IMG/VR virus record: IMGVR_UViG_3300036798_000218
Location: 1-60,281 of that record
Strand: one strand, 5' to 3'
DNA length: 60,281 bases
Origin: a virus
Lineage: Duplodnaviria > Caudoviricetes
Shown: positions 10,014 through 19,089 of the stretch, piece after piece
How positions within the stretch are numbered: position 1 is the stretch's first letter
Layout: every line of letters begins with the position of its first letter
Notes under the pieces: generated by a model
What the model saw: the letters and a program-made list of their open reading frames with translations, nothing else
What the model was told of the DNA's origin: nothing
Database searches by the model: none
Program-made: the position numbers and the translations under genes

Positions 10014-10340
10014 CTAGGCCCGATTCTTCCTAGCTCTTCTCTCCTCTAGTCTTCTCTGTTGTCTCGTTTGTTGTTTCTCTTCCTTTTTCTTAATCTCGCT
10101 TCGAACATGACCTATGGCTTTTTGATATCTCAGAATGTCCCTATCCCCAGCTATATCGATAACCTCTTGGTCAGTCAACGGCCTTACCCTCAGTTTCTTA
10201 TCAAACGCCATAATGTGCTGACACTTAATACAGATTGTAATATCACCTTCAACTGGGATATCGTTATCCATATTAGAAGCCGAGTCTATACGATACCTGC
10301 AATTAAGACACTCACATTTAGGTGTTATTATGCGTTTCAT
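10014..10340 (-). CDS. Zn-finger hypothetical protein
   Basis: Likely start MKRII at 10340, CLNC and CIKC pairs. Confidence 0.6.
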   Translation of the reverse strand: MKRIITPKCECLNCRYRIDSASNMDNDIPVEGDITICIKCQHIMAFDKKLRVRPLTDQEVIDIAGDRDILRYQKAIGHVRSEIKKKEEKQQTRQQRRLEERRARKNRA

Positions 10341-10344
10341 AGTT

Positions 10345-10770
10345 TTACCTGTAGAGCCTATCCTCTCCATTCTGGATACGCTCCGCATGTCCTTCATGAA
10401 ACATATTAGTATAATTAAAACCACTACGGCACTTAGGGTTGGCACAAAAAATGTTTACTGACATGCCCCCTTCTGGTCCTTTATAGAAACCTTCTTTTGA
10501 ACCGCAATCAGGACATATCCCTTTCTGGAGAATTGCACCAAGCTTTCCAGCTGGAGTGTCCTTCAACGGCACTCCGCTAAACCCTTCGACTACTACAGGC
10601 TCTTCAGGTTTTCTACCTATCGGACGATAAGGTTTTCTCTTTGGTGGACCTAGCAGTTTAAACAATCCGATCATAGCAAATACGCCACTTACGAAGGTGA
10701 CCATAAGAACAGCATTATGGTTTTCAACCCAGAGCTTATCTAGTACTTCAAACATAGTAAAATTCTCCAA
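10345..10770 (-). CDS. Membrane-anchored Zn-ribbon protein
   Basis: N-terminal hydrophobic helix, CPDCG...CANPKC. Confidence 0.6.
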   Translation of the reverse strand: MENFTMFEVLDKLWVENHNAVLMVTFVSGVFAMIGLFKLLGPPKRKPYRPIGRKPEEPVVVEGFSGVPLKDTPAGKLGAILQKGICPDCGSKEGFYKGPEGGMSVNIFCANPKCRSGFNYTNMFHEGHAERIQNGEDRLYR

Positions 10771-10897
10771 AGATGCCTACAGCTGGCCTACGATACCAAT
10801 CTGATTGGAGAGGCGTCCCTACGGGCGCACCTTCCACCATTTAAGCTCCAGGGGATGCACCAACCCACCGCACAACGTAGAACGGCAAGCACCTGGA

Positions 10898-11095
10898 TCA
10901 TACTGTAGGTAGAGATTTACGTGGTTTAATAACTTCGATTTCTACTCTATTTTGAAACTCAACCAGCTTGACAGAAACTCCGAGTTCATTAGCAACATTT
11001 TGTGCAAATGGCCTATACTCCTCACGTCGTACCCGGTCACTAGCAACCAACGGCACAATTCCCAGACCTAAACGCAGGTACACCTTCATTGCCAT
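10898..11095 (-). CDS. Hypothetical protein, possibly with a degenerate 5' part
   Basis: 65-aa ORF. Upstream frames suggest small indels. Confidence 0.45.
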   Translation of the reverse strand: MAMKVYLRLGLGIVPLVASDRVRREEYRPFAQNVANELGVSVKLVEFQNRVEIEVIKPRKSLPTV

Positions 11096-11172
11096 CCTTG
11101 GATCGACGACAATATAAGCCCATAGTGATTTAAGGCATTGTGTTACGTGGTTGTTTAAAGTATCCTATATCA

Positions 11173-11538
11173 TCAGACATTCTTCTCCCTTTCCTTGTCA
11201 ATCATATCTAGTGTAACAACTAACTGACCTAACGTTTTAGCATCGTAAACGTCACTATCAAACTCATCTTGAATTGTCCGTTTGCGTTCCTCGCTGTGTC
11301 GTGGAAGAATCCACAAGCCGTAATCCATGAGATTGATTATGATGGACGGCCTTTTATCTGGTCGAGTGATCCTACCGCATTTCTGGAGAGCCTGTCTAGG
11401 CTCTTTGCCGTCAATCAACACAATAGCGTTGAGCGGTGAATCCAAGTCAAGCCCTTCCTGTAAGTGTTGCGTCCCTATGATACCTCGTATTAAAGTTCCA
11501 CTATATTTTCTTAACAATTCTGGCGTTATCTTAGACAC
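11173..11538 (-). CDS. UvsW-like SF2 helicase, part 3 (motifs V-VI)
   Basis: GTQHLQEGLDL (motif V) and QKCGRITR (motif VI). The GTG start overlaps the TAG of the inserted endonuclease. Confidence 0.85.
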   Translation of the reverse strand: MSKITPELLRKYSGTLIRGIIGTQHLQEGLDLDSPLNAIVLIDGKEPRQALQKCGRITRPDKRPSIIINLMDYGLWILPRHSEERKRTIQDEFDSDVYDAKTLGQLVVTLDMIDKEREKNV

Positions 11539-12293
11539 TACACCACCTCATCGTCAGGATCAACTATTGGCAACAGACTAGCCGTCTCATAAATTCTATC
11601 AACAACGTATTCTGTGTTCTTAAAGACTTCTTCATTGCTAAACCTCAGTACTGCCCAACCGCGCGATGTAAGAAATTCGTCTCTCTTTTTGTCACGCTCT
11701 ATAATATGATTGTGATAACTATCGAGTTCTATACCAAGTTTGAAGTCTGGGACACTGAAGTCCAGAATAGGTCCAATAAGCCCTCTTCCTACTCCTTCAC
11801 CTTTTACTATTCTTTTAAATCTTCTATCTTGCGAAATAGGATTCAATTTTCTGAACCTCGAATTATTCCATAGTTTCCACTCAGCTGGAGTCATCCCTTC
11901 ATGCTGATCCCTAAAGTCCCTAAGTACCTTGCCTGAAGTACGCCACCCAAATCCTGAATTAGGGTCAGAATTTAGTCGTCTAGCTAACTTTGTCATATTC
12001 TTTCTAAACTCAGGATCTTTCCATTGTTCTTCCAATCCAAATGGCTTTTCTTTGTGCCTGATTAAACTAGCACATCCCTTACTACAAAAGTCTTCGTATT
12101 TTCCACTTTTATAGTTACAGCTATTATCACACTCAGAGTTTAGACATTTTTTCGTTTTATGACCTTCAACTATTCCGGCTATATGTTGATCATAGTATTC
12201 AAGGAAGCTTTTATCTGCATGATCATAAGCAAAGTGTCTTGAAAGTGATTGATATCTTTGGTACTCTGCCCCACACAGTCTACAATTCCACAC
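11538..12293 (-). CDS. DUF559/Vsr-like endonuclease with Zn fingers, inserted within the helicase
   Basis: ILDF..KLGIELDS..H...DKKRDEFLTSRGWAVLRFSNEEV, with an N-terminal C2H2 and CLN..C..FCS..C. Confidence 0.85.
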   Translation of the reverse strand: MWNCRLCGAEYQRYQSLSRHFAYDHADKSFLEYYDQHIAGIVEGHKTKKCLNSECDNSCNYKSGKYEDFCSKGCASLIRHKEKPFGLEEQWKDPEFRKNMTKLARRLNSDPNSGFGWRTSGKVLRDFRDQHEGMTPAEWKLWNNSRFRKLNPISQDRRFKRIVKGEGVGRGLIGPILDFSVPDFKLGIELDSYHNHIIERDKKRDEFLTSRGWAVLRFSNEEVFKNTEYVVDRIYETASLLPIVDPDDEVV

Positions 12294-13038
12294 CCTCGGC
12301 CTCCATTATCTTCTTGTAGAGTTCTTCAGAAACTTCTACGTCTCCTCCCCCATACCATATAGCAATTCTATCACTATTCAAGAGTCTAAAAATCCTTCGT
12401 CCAAGTTCTTTCTCACTCACATGAACAATCGTATTATAATCTCTGTCGATCAAGAGTCTTATAACACTAGCAATCAGGGATAGTCTCTCTGTATTCTTAT
12501 ACAACAGTGCTCTGATCTCATGCCAATCACTAGTCTTCTGAGCGGCCCACTTGTCCTTTGGCCAAATATAATGAAGATTTATCAGCTTCGGAATATTGAG
12601 AAAGTCTTTTAGTTCTTTAGCTGATTTTTCGTAGATCACTGGCCCGCAGACAGATATGGTCATAGCATCATCAATCGACATACCTGAAAAATTCATTGCT
12701 AGATTAGCAGATTTATCCAGAGGCAAAGCGCTAAATCCATACGAACGAGTCACATTAGGTAAAGCCATAAAGATTGTATGCCACGTATGACAACTCGCGT
12801 GATGTGCTTCATCAGCGATAATCGCAGATATCAACTTCAACCGTTCAGTATACTTCCCGCTAACTATATCGTTGTAAACTACTCCAGGTGTCGTAATTAT
12901 TATACAGCTATCTTGATTGGAATCAACTATCCAATCTCTCCAACTTCTAGTACATTCTGACATTCCAAATAATCTTGCATTAGCTACTGTTTGATCTTCA
13001 GTAGTATGACTTGGGTAAATCAGCAGAACTATGCTCAT
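12280..13038 (-). CDS. UvsW-like SF2 helicase, part 2 (motifs Ia-IV)
   Basis: LLIYPS (Ia), ITTPG (Ib), IIADEAHH (II), GFSA (III). Confidence 0.88.
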   Translation of the reverse strand: MSIVLLIYPSHTTEDQTVANARLFGMSECTRSWRDWIVDSNQDSCIIITTPGVVYNDIVSGKYTERLKLISAIIADEAHHASCHTWHTIFMALPNVTRSYGFSALPLDKSANLAMNFSGMSIDDAMTISVCGPVIYEKSAKELKDFLNIPKLINLHYIWPKDKWAAQKTSDWHEIRALLYKNTERLSLIASVIRLLIDRDYNTIVHVSEKELGRRIFRLLNSDRIAIWYGGGDVEVSEELYKKIMEAEGVEL

Positions 13039-13039
13039 C

Positions 13040-13504
13040 TTACATCATAAGGTTATAAGCTAAAACAAGCTGCATCACACCCTTTCCAGAACCAGTCGGA
13101 CATTTCACCGTTCCACAATGCTTTTTACGACAGGCTTCTAGAGCCTCGTAGAAGTACCAGCGCTCCCTGCCATTGACCAGCCACTTAGGAGAGCTTAAAA
13201 CACACGGAGGAATTTCAATGCAAGGAAGGACAGTGCGCTCAGGCTCGATACTAGCAAAACTGATAGAGCAAAAAGGATTTGCTTTTGCCAGAAATAACAG
13301 TGCGCCCAGTCCACACGTAATTGTTGAATCCTCATTTTCAGTATAGACAGGGTCATACGATGTTGTCTCCTTAAATCGTCCATGATCCTTACCTCCAACA
13401 ATACGTTGTTTAACACTAGTCCTGGCAGTAAGATCGCCTTCAAGAATGCCCTTAGGCACTGTACAGGCTAATCCCTGCACCTTAATAGAGACTTCCCGAC
13501 TCAC
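13040..13504 (-). CDS. UvsW-like SF2 helicase, part 1 (N-terminus and Walker A)
   Basis: Ends GTVKCPTGSGKGVMQLVLAYNLMM*, one nucleotide before the start of part 2. Confidence 0.8.
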   Translation of the reverse strand: MSREVSIKVQGLACTVPKGILEGDLTARTSVKQRIVGGKDHGRFKETTSYDPVYTENEDSTITCGLGALLFLAKANPFCSISFASIEPERTVLPCIEIPPCVLSSPKWLVNGRERWYFYEALEACRKKHCGTVKCPTGSGKGVMQLVLAYNLMM

Positions 13505-13920
13505 TGTATATCCCCATCTAGTGAAACCAGATTTATAGCATATCGTCCAGGCTCATACTCCTCAGTCCATTTATGACTATCTTCAAAGGAAACTCCGAAG
13601 TGAGAAGCTATCAGTTTAACCGCCTCTACCCCAGGCATAATTCCAGGCTCTTTCTCGATTGAAATAGACAGGTGACGACATAAGCCCGGAGGCTGGTGCT
13701 CAAATGAAATAGCCGCACGATACCCAAAAGGGATTAAGACTTGTTCGGACGGTCTAGGAGCTTCATATCCTGGAGGACGGTCTTTCAATTCCAAGGTAGG
13801 CTTATGTTCAGCTAACGCCTTCGCTTTAGTTACTTCAAGCGATATAACGTTCTTACGTGCCTCCGCTATGGCTGAGGCAATAGCAGCAAGCGTTTCCTGA
13901 TCTATCATAACCACAGACAT
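13501..13920 (-). CDS. Hypothetical protein
   Basis: 139 aa with a CRHLSIS motif, coupled to neighbours. Confidence 0.7.
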   Translation of the reverse strand: MSVVMIDQETLAAIASAIAEARKNVISLEVTKAKALAEHKPTLELKDRPPGYEAPRPSEQVLIPFGYRAAISFEHQPPGLCRHLSISIEKEPGIMPGVEAVKLIASHFGVSFEDSHKWTEEYEPGRYAINLVSLDGDIQ

Positions 13921-14496
13921 TCATTTCCCCCTTCCTACATCAACTAAGATCATATCAACAAGTTCTTTTGGAGGTAGTGATCCATACTTGTCATTACCAA
14001 GATTATAAATAGGGATTTTATACGACTTTGCACAAACGATGGCTGTCCGGGTACCTCCGATCAGCTGACCTTCTTCAGTCCAACAGATTAAAAATCTGGA
14101 GGGAGTTTTCAAGTTGTCGCCTAGAACTTGATGGATATTCCTCGCATGTAATCTTCTATGGGCAGGAGTAAGACGTTCCCAAGTTGGATGAATACGTGAA
14201 GCAATTGAAAATGCTCTTATAGTTATTTTATAAATGTCTCCTTCTTGGTTCTCTTTCCTATTGCCAAATTCTTTCCATGGAACGTAAATTCTCTTCGAAG
14301 GTGTCTTCGATCCTCTCGACGCATTGTCTACCCCCTTCTCGAATGCAGTGTCCGCTCCGTCAGCCCCACCTGATCGTAAAACATATCCAGCATCATATAA
14401 TAGAACTGCGGTCTGTTCCATTTTCAAAAGAATAGGTTTAGGAGTATCCCTACTCCCAACCCCAGTATAATACATAACTTTAGGCGTTGGGATCAT
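13921..14496 (-). CDS. DprA/Smf-like (SLOG) Rossmann-fold protein
   Basis: YTGVGSRDTP, LRSGGADGAD, ARN..QVLG, GGT motifs. Confidence 0.75.
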   Translation of the reverse strand: MIPTPKVMYYTGVGSRDTPKPILLKMEQTAVLLYDAGYVLRSGGADGADTAFEKGVDNASRGSKTPSKRIYVPWKEFGNRKENQEGDIYKITIRAFSIASRIHPTWERLTPAHRRLHARNIHQVLGDNLKTPSRFLICWTEEGQLIGGTRTAIVCAKSYKIPIYNLGNDKYGSLPPKELVDMILVDVGRGK

Positions 14497-14502
14497 CGGT
14501 CT

Positions 14503-15048
14503 TCATTCCAAATGTTTCCATGTTCGATCATTACGAATATGAGAAATAGCTTGACGTGAAACCTTATATTGCATTGCTAACTGTTTAACTATTCCAGCTG
14601 ATTCAGGTCTGCTTTTGATATCAATAACCTGAGATTCTGTAAGCTTACACCTACCATTACGTTCACCCTTATTATTTGTTCCATGTTGGATACGATCTTG
14701 TTGGTTTTCCTTAGGTGTACCCCAGACAAGATTTTCAGGCCATCTGTTGTCAGACCTATTCCCATTAAGATGACGACATTCTTGTCCAGGAGGACAAGGC
14801 CCCCAGAATTGATTCAAGACAAGGATGTGAACATATATAAGCAACTGACCTTTACCGACTCTCATATATCCCGTAGAGGTATCACAGGTTAATTGCCTAA
14901 GCTCAACTTGTGTAGCGATTCTTCTTCCGCGTAAAATTGCTCCTGGCAATGCCCGAATACGTCCAAAGTTAGAAACCTGATGAAATGGCCATTCAGCTTG
15001 ATGGTAAGGAATGGTCTTTATATCTTTCCAAATCTCAAGCTCATTCAT
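14503..15048 (-). CDS. NUMOD4-HNH homing endonuclease with C-terminal HTH
   Basis: EIWKDI..QVSNFGRIR, VHILV..F, CRHLNGNRSDN..NLVWGTPKEN, GERNGRCKLTE..V..I. Confidence 0.92.
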   Translation of the reverse strand: MNELEIWKDIKTIPYHQAEWPFHQVSNFGRIRALPGAILRGRRIATQVELRQLTCDTSTGYMRVGKGQLLIYVHILVLNQFWGPCPPGQECRHLNGNRSDNRWPENLVWGTPKENQQDRIQHGTNNKGERNGRCKLTESQVIDIKSRPESAGIVKQLAMQYKVSRQAISHIRNDRTWKHLE

Positions 15049-15049
15049 A

Positions 15050-15313
15050 TTAGGACTCCGTCCATTTGTGAATATCCTTGATCGAAAAGGTTCTAATCTC
15101 GTCTCTATCTAGATCAAGTGCTACAATCATGTACTGATTCTCCTTATGCCATTGGTTTTTACCATAGTCTAATCTCACTGGCAAGATACGTCTAAGTGAT
15201 CGTACTCCCTTATAGTCGGTGTAATCAATATTTACTTCTTTTCTATCTACCATTACTGTTGTCCGGTCTATATTGGTAAATTTTTCCTCTAAATTCAACA
15301 TTCCTATCTCCAA
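15050..15313 (-). CDS. Stand-alone WYL-domain protein
   Basis: IDYTDYKG..S.RRILP..L.......YMIVALDLDRDEIRTFSIKDI. Confidence 0.75.
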   Translation of the reverse strand: MEIGMLNLEEKFTNIDRTTVMVDRKEVNIDYTDYKGVRSLRRILPVRLDYGKNQWHKENQYMIVALDLDRDEIRTFSIKDIHKWTES

Positions 15314-15357
15314 GGTAAGGCATGGGAGTTTCCCTTTACTCCCATGCCTTCCACAAC

Positions 15358-15657
15358 TCAGGTTTGATCTTTTCTGAGACTAACTGCCCATCCGTGAAGA
15401 ACATTTGATATTTCAACTGGGTTTAGTTTATCTTGGGTAAGGGCAGAGACAGCGTTGCCTACCTCCATCATTTCTCCATACGTAAGCTCAGTTAGGAGCC
15501 TTGCGATTGATTGAGTTTTGCTAGGCGCTGGAGGCACTGTGTAAGGAGTTGGAAGCGGTGTAAATGGAGAACTTGAAGTTCTCTCAGCTATAGTTAACTC
15601 TCGCGGCTTACTAAAGGTTCTTTCGGTATCCATTACTGCTACTGACGTATCTGACAT
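15358..15657 (-). CDS. Hypothetical protein
   Basis: Likely start MSDTSV at 15657 after a GGGGGA RBS. Confidence 0.65.
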   Translation of the reverse strand: MSDTSVAVMDTERTFSKPRELTIAERTSSSPFTPLPTPYTVPPAPSKTQSIARLLTELTYGEMMEVGNAVSALTQDKLNPVEISNVLHGWAVSLRKDQT

Positions 15658-16205
15658 TGTTACATCCCCCATTATTTGAAAGTTACAGGAGGGACAAAGA
15701 CACATGGAAATGGCACAAAACACGTGGCCAGTCCCTCCCGCTCACCCGACCTGTAGAAGTCGCCTGCTAAGAAACACTACAGATCAGATCAGATTAAGTA
15801 GCTGGGAGGGGTCACATCACAAGGGAGTAATATACACCCCTCCCACTCCTCCAAGTCCAGGACGATATGCATGGGAGCCCTGGACCAGAAGCTCTAATTC
15901 TTTACCCCAACCTTCTCAGAAAAGAAAGGGGAGGAGATTCGAATTCCTCCCCTTGCGCCTTTTTCAACGGCCTATTCGAACGCTTCCTTTCTGTATCACA
16001 GGTGGAAACCATCTTCCACCAGATTCGGCTCTCGCCGAATTTAATCTTCGTTGAAATAGTCTCTCCGCACGAAGAAACTTCTCGGCTTCAGATACAGCCA
16101 TCTCCATACCAACCGTGCAAAGCATCCAAGACTGTATTCGTATGACTCATAGCCATTCTTCTTCAGTCATACCACTACCAGACTTCCTACTGTTAGACAA
16201 CTACT

Positions 16206-16712
16206 TTAAAATATACCAGAGAAAGATTTAGGGTCTGGGGAGCGTTGGATATATGCCGGGTTCTTGTGTCTGATGATACACTTGGACCATACAGGCTTTT
16301 GAAATATGAGTCCTTTAATATGAGTAACACCATGCTCGAAAGCCCACACGATCCGATGATGGCCATCGATACACGTATGCCAAACCTTCCCATCAGCATC
16401 GACTTCCCATTGGAGCCAAATAGTATAAGACTCCAAACAGTCCTCCGTAAGCCTAGCAAGCCGATGCTCTTCCACCCCTTTCTTTTCCTTGGAAGTAAGA
16501 TATAGGTCTTCCGAGACTGGGATCATAGCTTCCTCTGCACAGTCAGGATTACCACGCCAATATCTCAGTAATGAAGAACTATTGAAAGTATATATTTTCT
16601 TAGTATCAGGTTCCTCCCAGACAAACATCTGGTCTCCGTATGTAAGAGGTAGATCCGAGTCCAAATCCTCAATGCGTGTTACCATGTCATCACCAGCCAT
16701 TCTCGTACTCAA
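16206..16712 (-). CDS. ParB/Srx-like domain protein
   Basis: CIDGHHRI motif. Confidence 0.55.
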   Translation of the reverse strand: MSTRMAGDDMVTRIEDLDSDLPLTYGDQMFVWEEPDTKKIYTFNSSSLLRYWRGNPDCAEEAMIPVSEDLYLTSKEKKGVEEHRLARLTEDCLESYTIWLQWEVDADGKVWHTCIDGHHRIVWAFEHGVTHIKGLIFQKPVWSKCIIRHKNPAYIQRSPDPKSFSGIF

Positions 16713-17043
16713 TCTTGATAATTTTCTCTCTTAGTTTAAAATATTTCTTGGTCCACTCTTTGTCATTCGGCTTAACTCCCAGTGAATTTATAGCACATGT
16801 ATGTAACGTGCAAGACGATCGCAAGTAGGGTGGCACTGTACAGCCGTTGGATCCCATAAATTTCAGAGTAGGGTGGTCAGTAGCCTCTAATGTTATACCA
16901 AATTCAGCTGCCAATTCTTCTGCCATAAGACAATACATTGAATCACAACAGGAGAGAGGTACCCGACATGACTTGCATTCAGGCAATGTCAACTCGTGCA
17001 TCTCTTGATAAAGCTTAACTAGTCTCTGATCAATCTGTTTCAT
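16690..17043 (-). CDS. Cys-rich (YkgJ-like) protein
   Basis: CKSC...CC...GCTV...R..C..H.C. Confidence 0.55.
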   Translation of the reverse strand: MKQIDQRLVKLYQEMHELTLPECKSCRVPLSCCDSMYCLMAEELAAEFGITLEATDHPTLKFMGSNGCTVPPYLRSSCTLHTCAINSLGVKPNDKEWTKKYFKLREKIIKIEYENGW

Positions 17044-17122
17044 CTAGTTGTCATTTCCCTTTCAGCTTCGCCACATCAGTCCTCAATCAAGCAGAAATTC
17101 AGGCATGTAAGGAAAAGTAATT

Positions 17123-17407
17123 GTGGAGGCCTCAGGTAGGTCTATGTCAAAAGCCGGTCCGGCTATTTACTACGACTATCTTGGAAAGCTCCGGTGGCCA
17201 CATGGCTGGCCATGTGAAGCTATATATGTACCGCCTGTTAGTCAATGTCGTTATCTTCGGTCGCTTGTCCAAGATCACGGCAACGCACACTTCGGTACCT
17301 TTACGAACCAGTTTCACAAACGGGGTCTCGTTAGGTTAGAGCGAGAAATGGCAATTGCAATGTTGGAATCACTAGAATACGCTGGCAGACCTCTTGGTGC
17401 TTCGTAG
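17123..17407 (+). CDS. Hypothetical protein
   Basis: 94-aa ORF, start uncertain. Confidence 0.4.
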   Translation: MEASGRSMSKAGPAIYYDYLGKLRWPHGWPCEAIYVPPVSQCRYLRSLVQDHGNAHFGTFTNQFHKRGLVRLEREMAIAMLESLEYAGRPLGAS

Positions 17408-17454
17408 GAGCCTCACTGGCGAGCTTTCCAAGGGTAGCCAGTAGGGGAGAACCG

Positions 17455-17482
17455 AACCTTGGGGTGTCGACACCCCAAGGTT
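17455..17482. repeat. Perfect 28-bp palindrome
   Basis: AACCTTGGGGTGTCGACACCCCAAGGTT equals its own reverse complement. Confidence 0.95.
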
Positions 17483-17638
17483 TAGAGCCAGACCAGCGGG
17501 ATAGCAGACTCCGGGCTCATCGCTCGTTTCATCGAGGATGGCATCGGCCACGATCCACAGTGTAGCTGATCCCAATATGAATTACAAGCGGCTTTCTTCT
17601 TGTTGTAACCGTCATATAGTGATCGAATGTTGGATTGC

Positions 17639-18213
17639 AAGATGGGAACTCAAATTTCTCGTAGCGGTGAACGATCCTGGCCGCTGGCAGCGGGTGACGG
17701 TCGTCGAACGCGACTCGGTTCGGGTCTACTCAGCACTATCCTCTAGTACTGCGTAGATATGGCCTCGCTTGTTGGTTTTGTGCGTTCGCAAAAAGTCTGC
17801 TAGCTCACGAGCGGCCGCTGCGATCTCCAGTAGTTCTTCGACTCCACAGTCAACAAACGAACTATGGAGTTCCTTCAAGTGTGGCTCGATGAGTTTTCTG
17901 TTATCACGCAGTATCTTCTTGACGTTTCCTAAATTAGCATCGAAACGTGTCGTAGCAACCATAGGTCCCAAAAGCGACATAGTATCTTCTCCTGTATGAA
18001 GTCTTGTACCGTTCGAGCATAGCACAGCTGAAGATGGGAACTCAAATTTCTTTTCCAGTACTCAAGAAATGAATCAAAAGACTAGAATTAGAACTATAGA
18101 ACTAGAATGTTAGGACTAGAATCAAAGGAATAGAACTAGTAATTCAAATTTCCTGGAGTTATTTGATTCAAGCTCTATTTTTTCAGTTCATTTATTGGAA
18201 CTCAAATTTCTTT
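17639..18213. repeat. Iteron-like direct repeats
   Basis: AAGATGGGAACTCAAATTTCT at 17639 and 18031, GGAACTCAAATTTCT at 18197, several ACTAGAAT-like units at 18080-18140. Confidence 0.85.
17726..18025 (-). CDS. Hypothetical protein between direct repeats
   Basis: 99-aa ORF. A probable true start is MSLLGP after AGGAG. Confidence 0.5.
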   Translation of the reverse strand: MLCSNGTRLHTGEDTMSLLGPMVATTRFDANLGNVKKILRDNRKLIEPHLKELHSSFVDCGVEELLEIAAAARELADFLRTHKTNKRGHIYAVLEDSAE

Positions 18214-18220
18214 CAATGTA

Positions 18221-18402
18221 GGAACTCGTCTGTCCTCAGCTGTAGTCCAGGGGGAGTCCGATCGGGCTGGATGCCATCGAGGAGGCCTATAGGAGCCTCA
18301 CTGGCAAGCTTTCCAGAGGTGTCCGCCCCCTGCTAGCCCTGAAGGGGCAAGTCGTCCACGGCCTTCCTACGAAGCCCTGGAGGTATTACACCTCCAGGGT
18401 TG
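18221..18402. repeat. Dispersed ~180-bp structured element, copy A
   Basis: Aligns with 24168..24352. The first 53 nt have 2 mismatches and the core TAGGAGCCTCACTGGCAAGCTTTCC is shared. Confidence 0.9.
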
Positions 18403-18420
18403 TAAATTTAATAGATACAC

Positions 18421-19089
18421 TCACTCCTCTTCATCTTGAGGACGGAAAAGATCATCGATGTTGTCAGATGGGCCATCACTTGTGCCTTTCGGCATGATCT
18501 CGTCCATTAACTCCCGTGCTGTCTCTGGTTCATATTTGGCGAGGATCTTGATAACTCGTATCAGTATCGCCCTAAGACGTTCTGTCTCGGCACTTACGGC
18601 TGGCTTTTTCTTCTTAGCAACCTTGTGTACTTTTGTATTGTCCTTTGGGTCGATAGACAGTAACTCTTTCGGAACGTGCTTTACGATAGTCTCAGGATGG
18701 TTCAGCTTCAGCCTGTCACTCGGCGATAGTTTCGTATCATACCAATCTGATATTTCATTGATGTGATCCACAAGCTTATAGCAAGCTGATCGCTCTTGCC
18801 GTCGCATCGAACCATATTGCGCATACTTGGGTTTTTTCATCAGGCTACTTATCGTGTCCCGATAATCTTGCGATCTCAAGTTACGATGTTGGACGTGAGC
18901 ACACGCTAGATCACGTAGAGCCGCGAGCCCAACTATGACTAGTTCCCATTGTTTCCAAGTCTTGTGAGCTTTACTGCAAAGCTCGCTGTAGGCTTTATTC
19001 CCTCGGATCGCTTGCTGGTCAAGCGCCTTCAAATCGTAATTACCAACCTCAGTCGGAACGCCTTCTACCAGAGTGTAATCGTCAGACAT
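18421..19089 (-). CDS. Hypothetical protein
   Basis: 222 aa, AGGAG RBS, basic patch and acidic tail. Confidence 0.8.
   Translation of the reverse strand: MSDDYTLVEGVPTEVGNYDLKALDQQAIRGNKAYSELCSKAHKTWKQWELVIVGLAALRDLACAHVQHRNLRSQDYRDTISSLMKKPKYAQYGSMRRQERSACYKLVDHINEISDWYDTKLSPSDRLKLNHPETIVKHVPKELLSIDPKDNTKVHKVAKKKKPAVSAETERLRAILIRVIKILAKYEPETARELMDEIMPKGTSDGPSDNIDDLFRPQDEEE

Noticed and set aside
11538-12293. Endonuclease as part of an intein or intron in the helicase
   Set aside because: It is out of frame with true stops, lacks intein termini (C...HN), and leaves no non-coding flanks for a ribozyme core.
17639-18213. Repeats as a CRISPR array
   Set aside because: Spacing is irregular (392 and ~160 bp), there are only 2-3 copies, and no cas genes are present.
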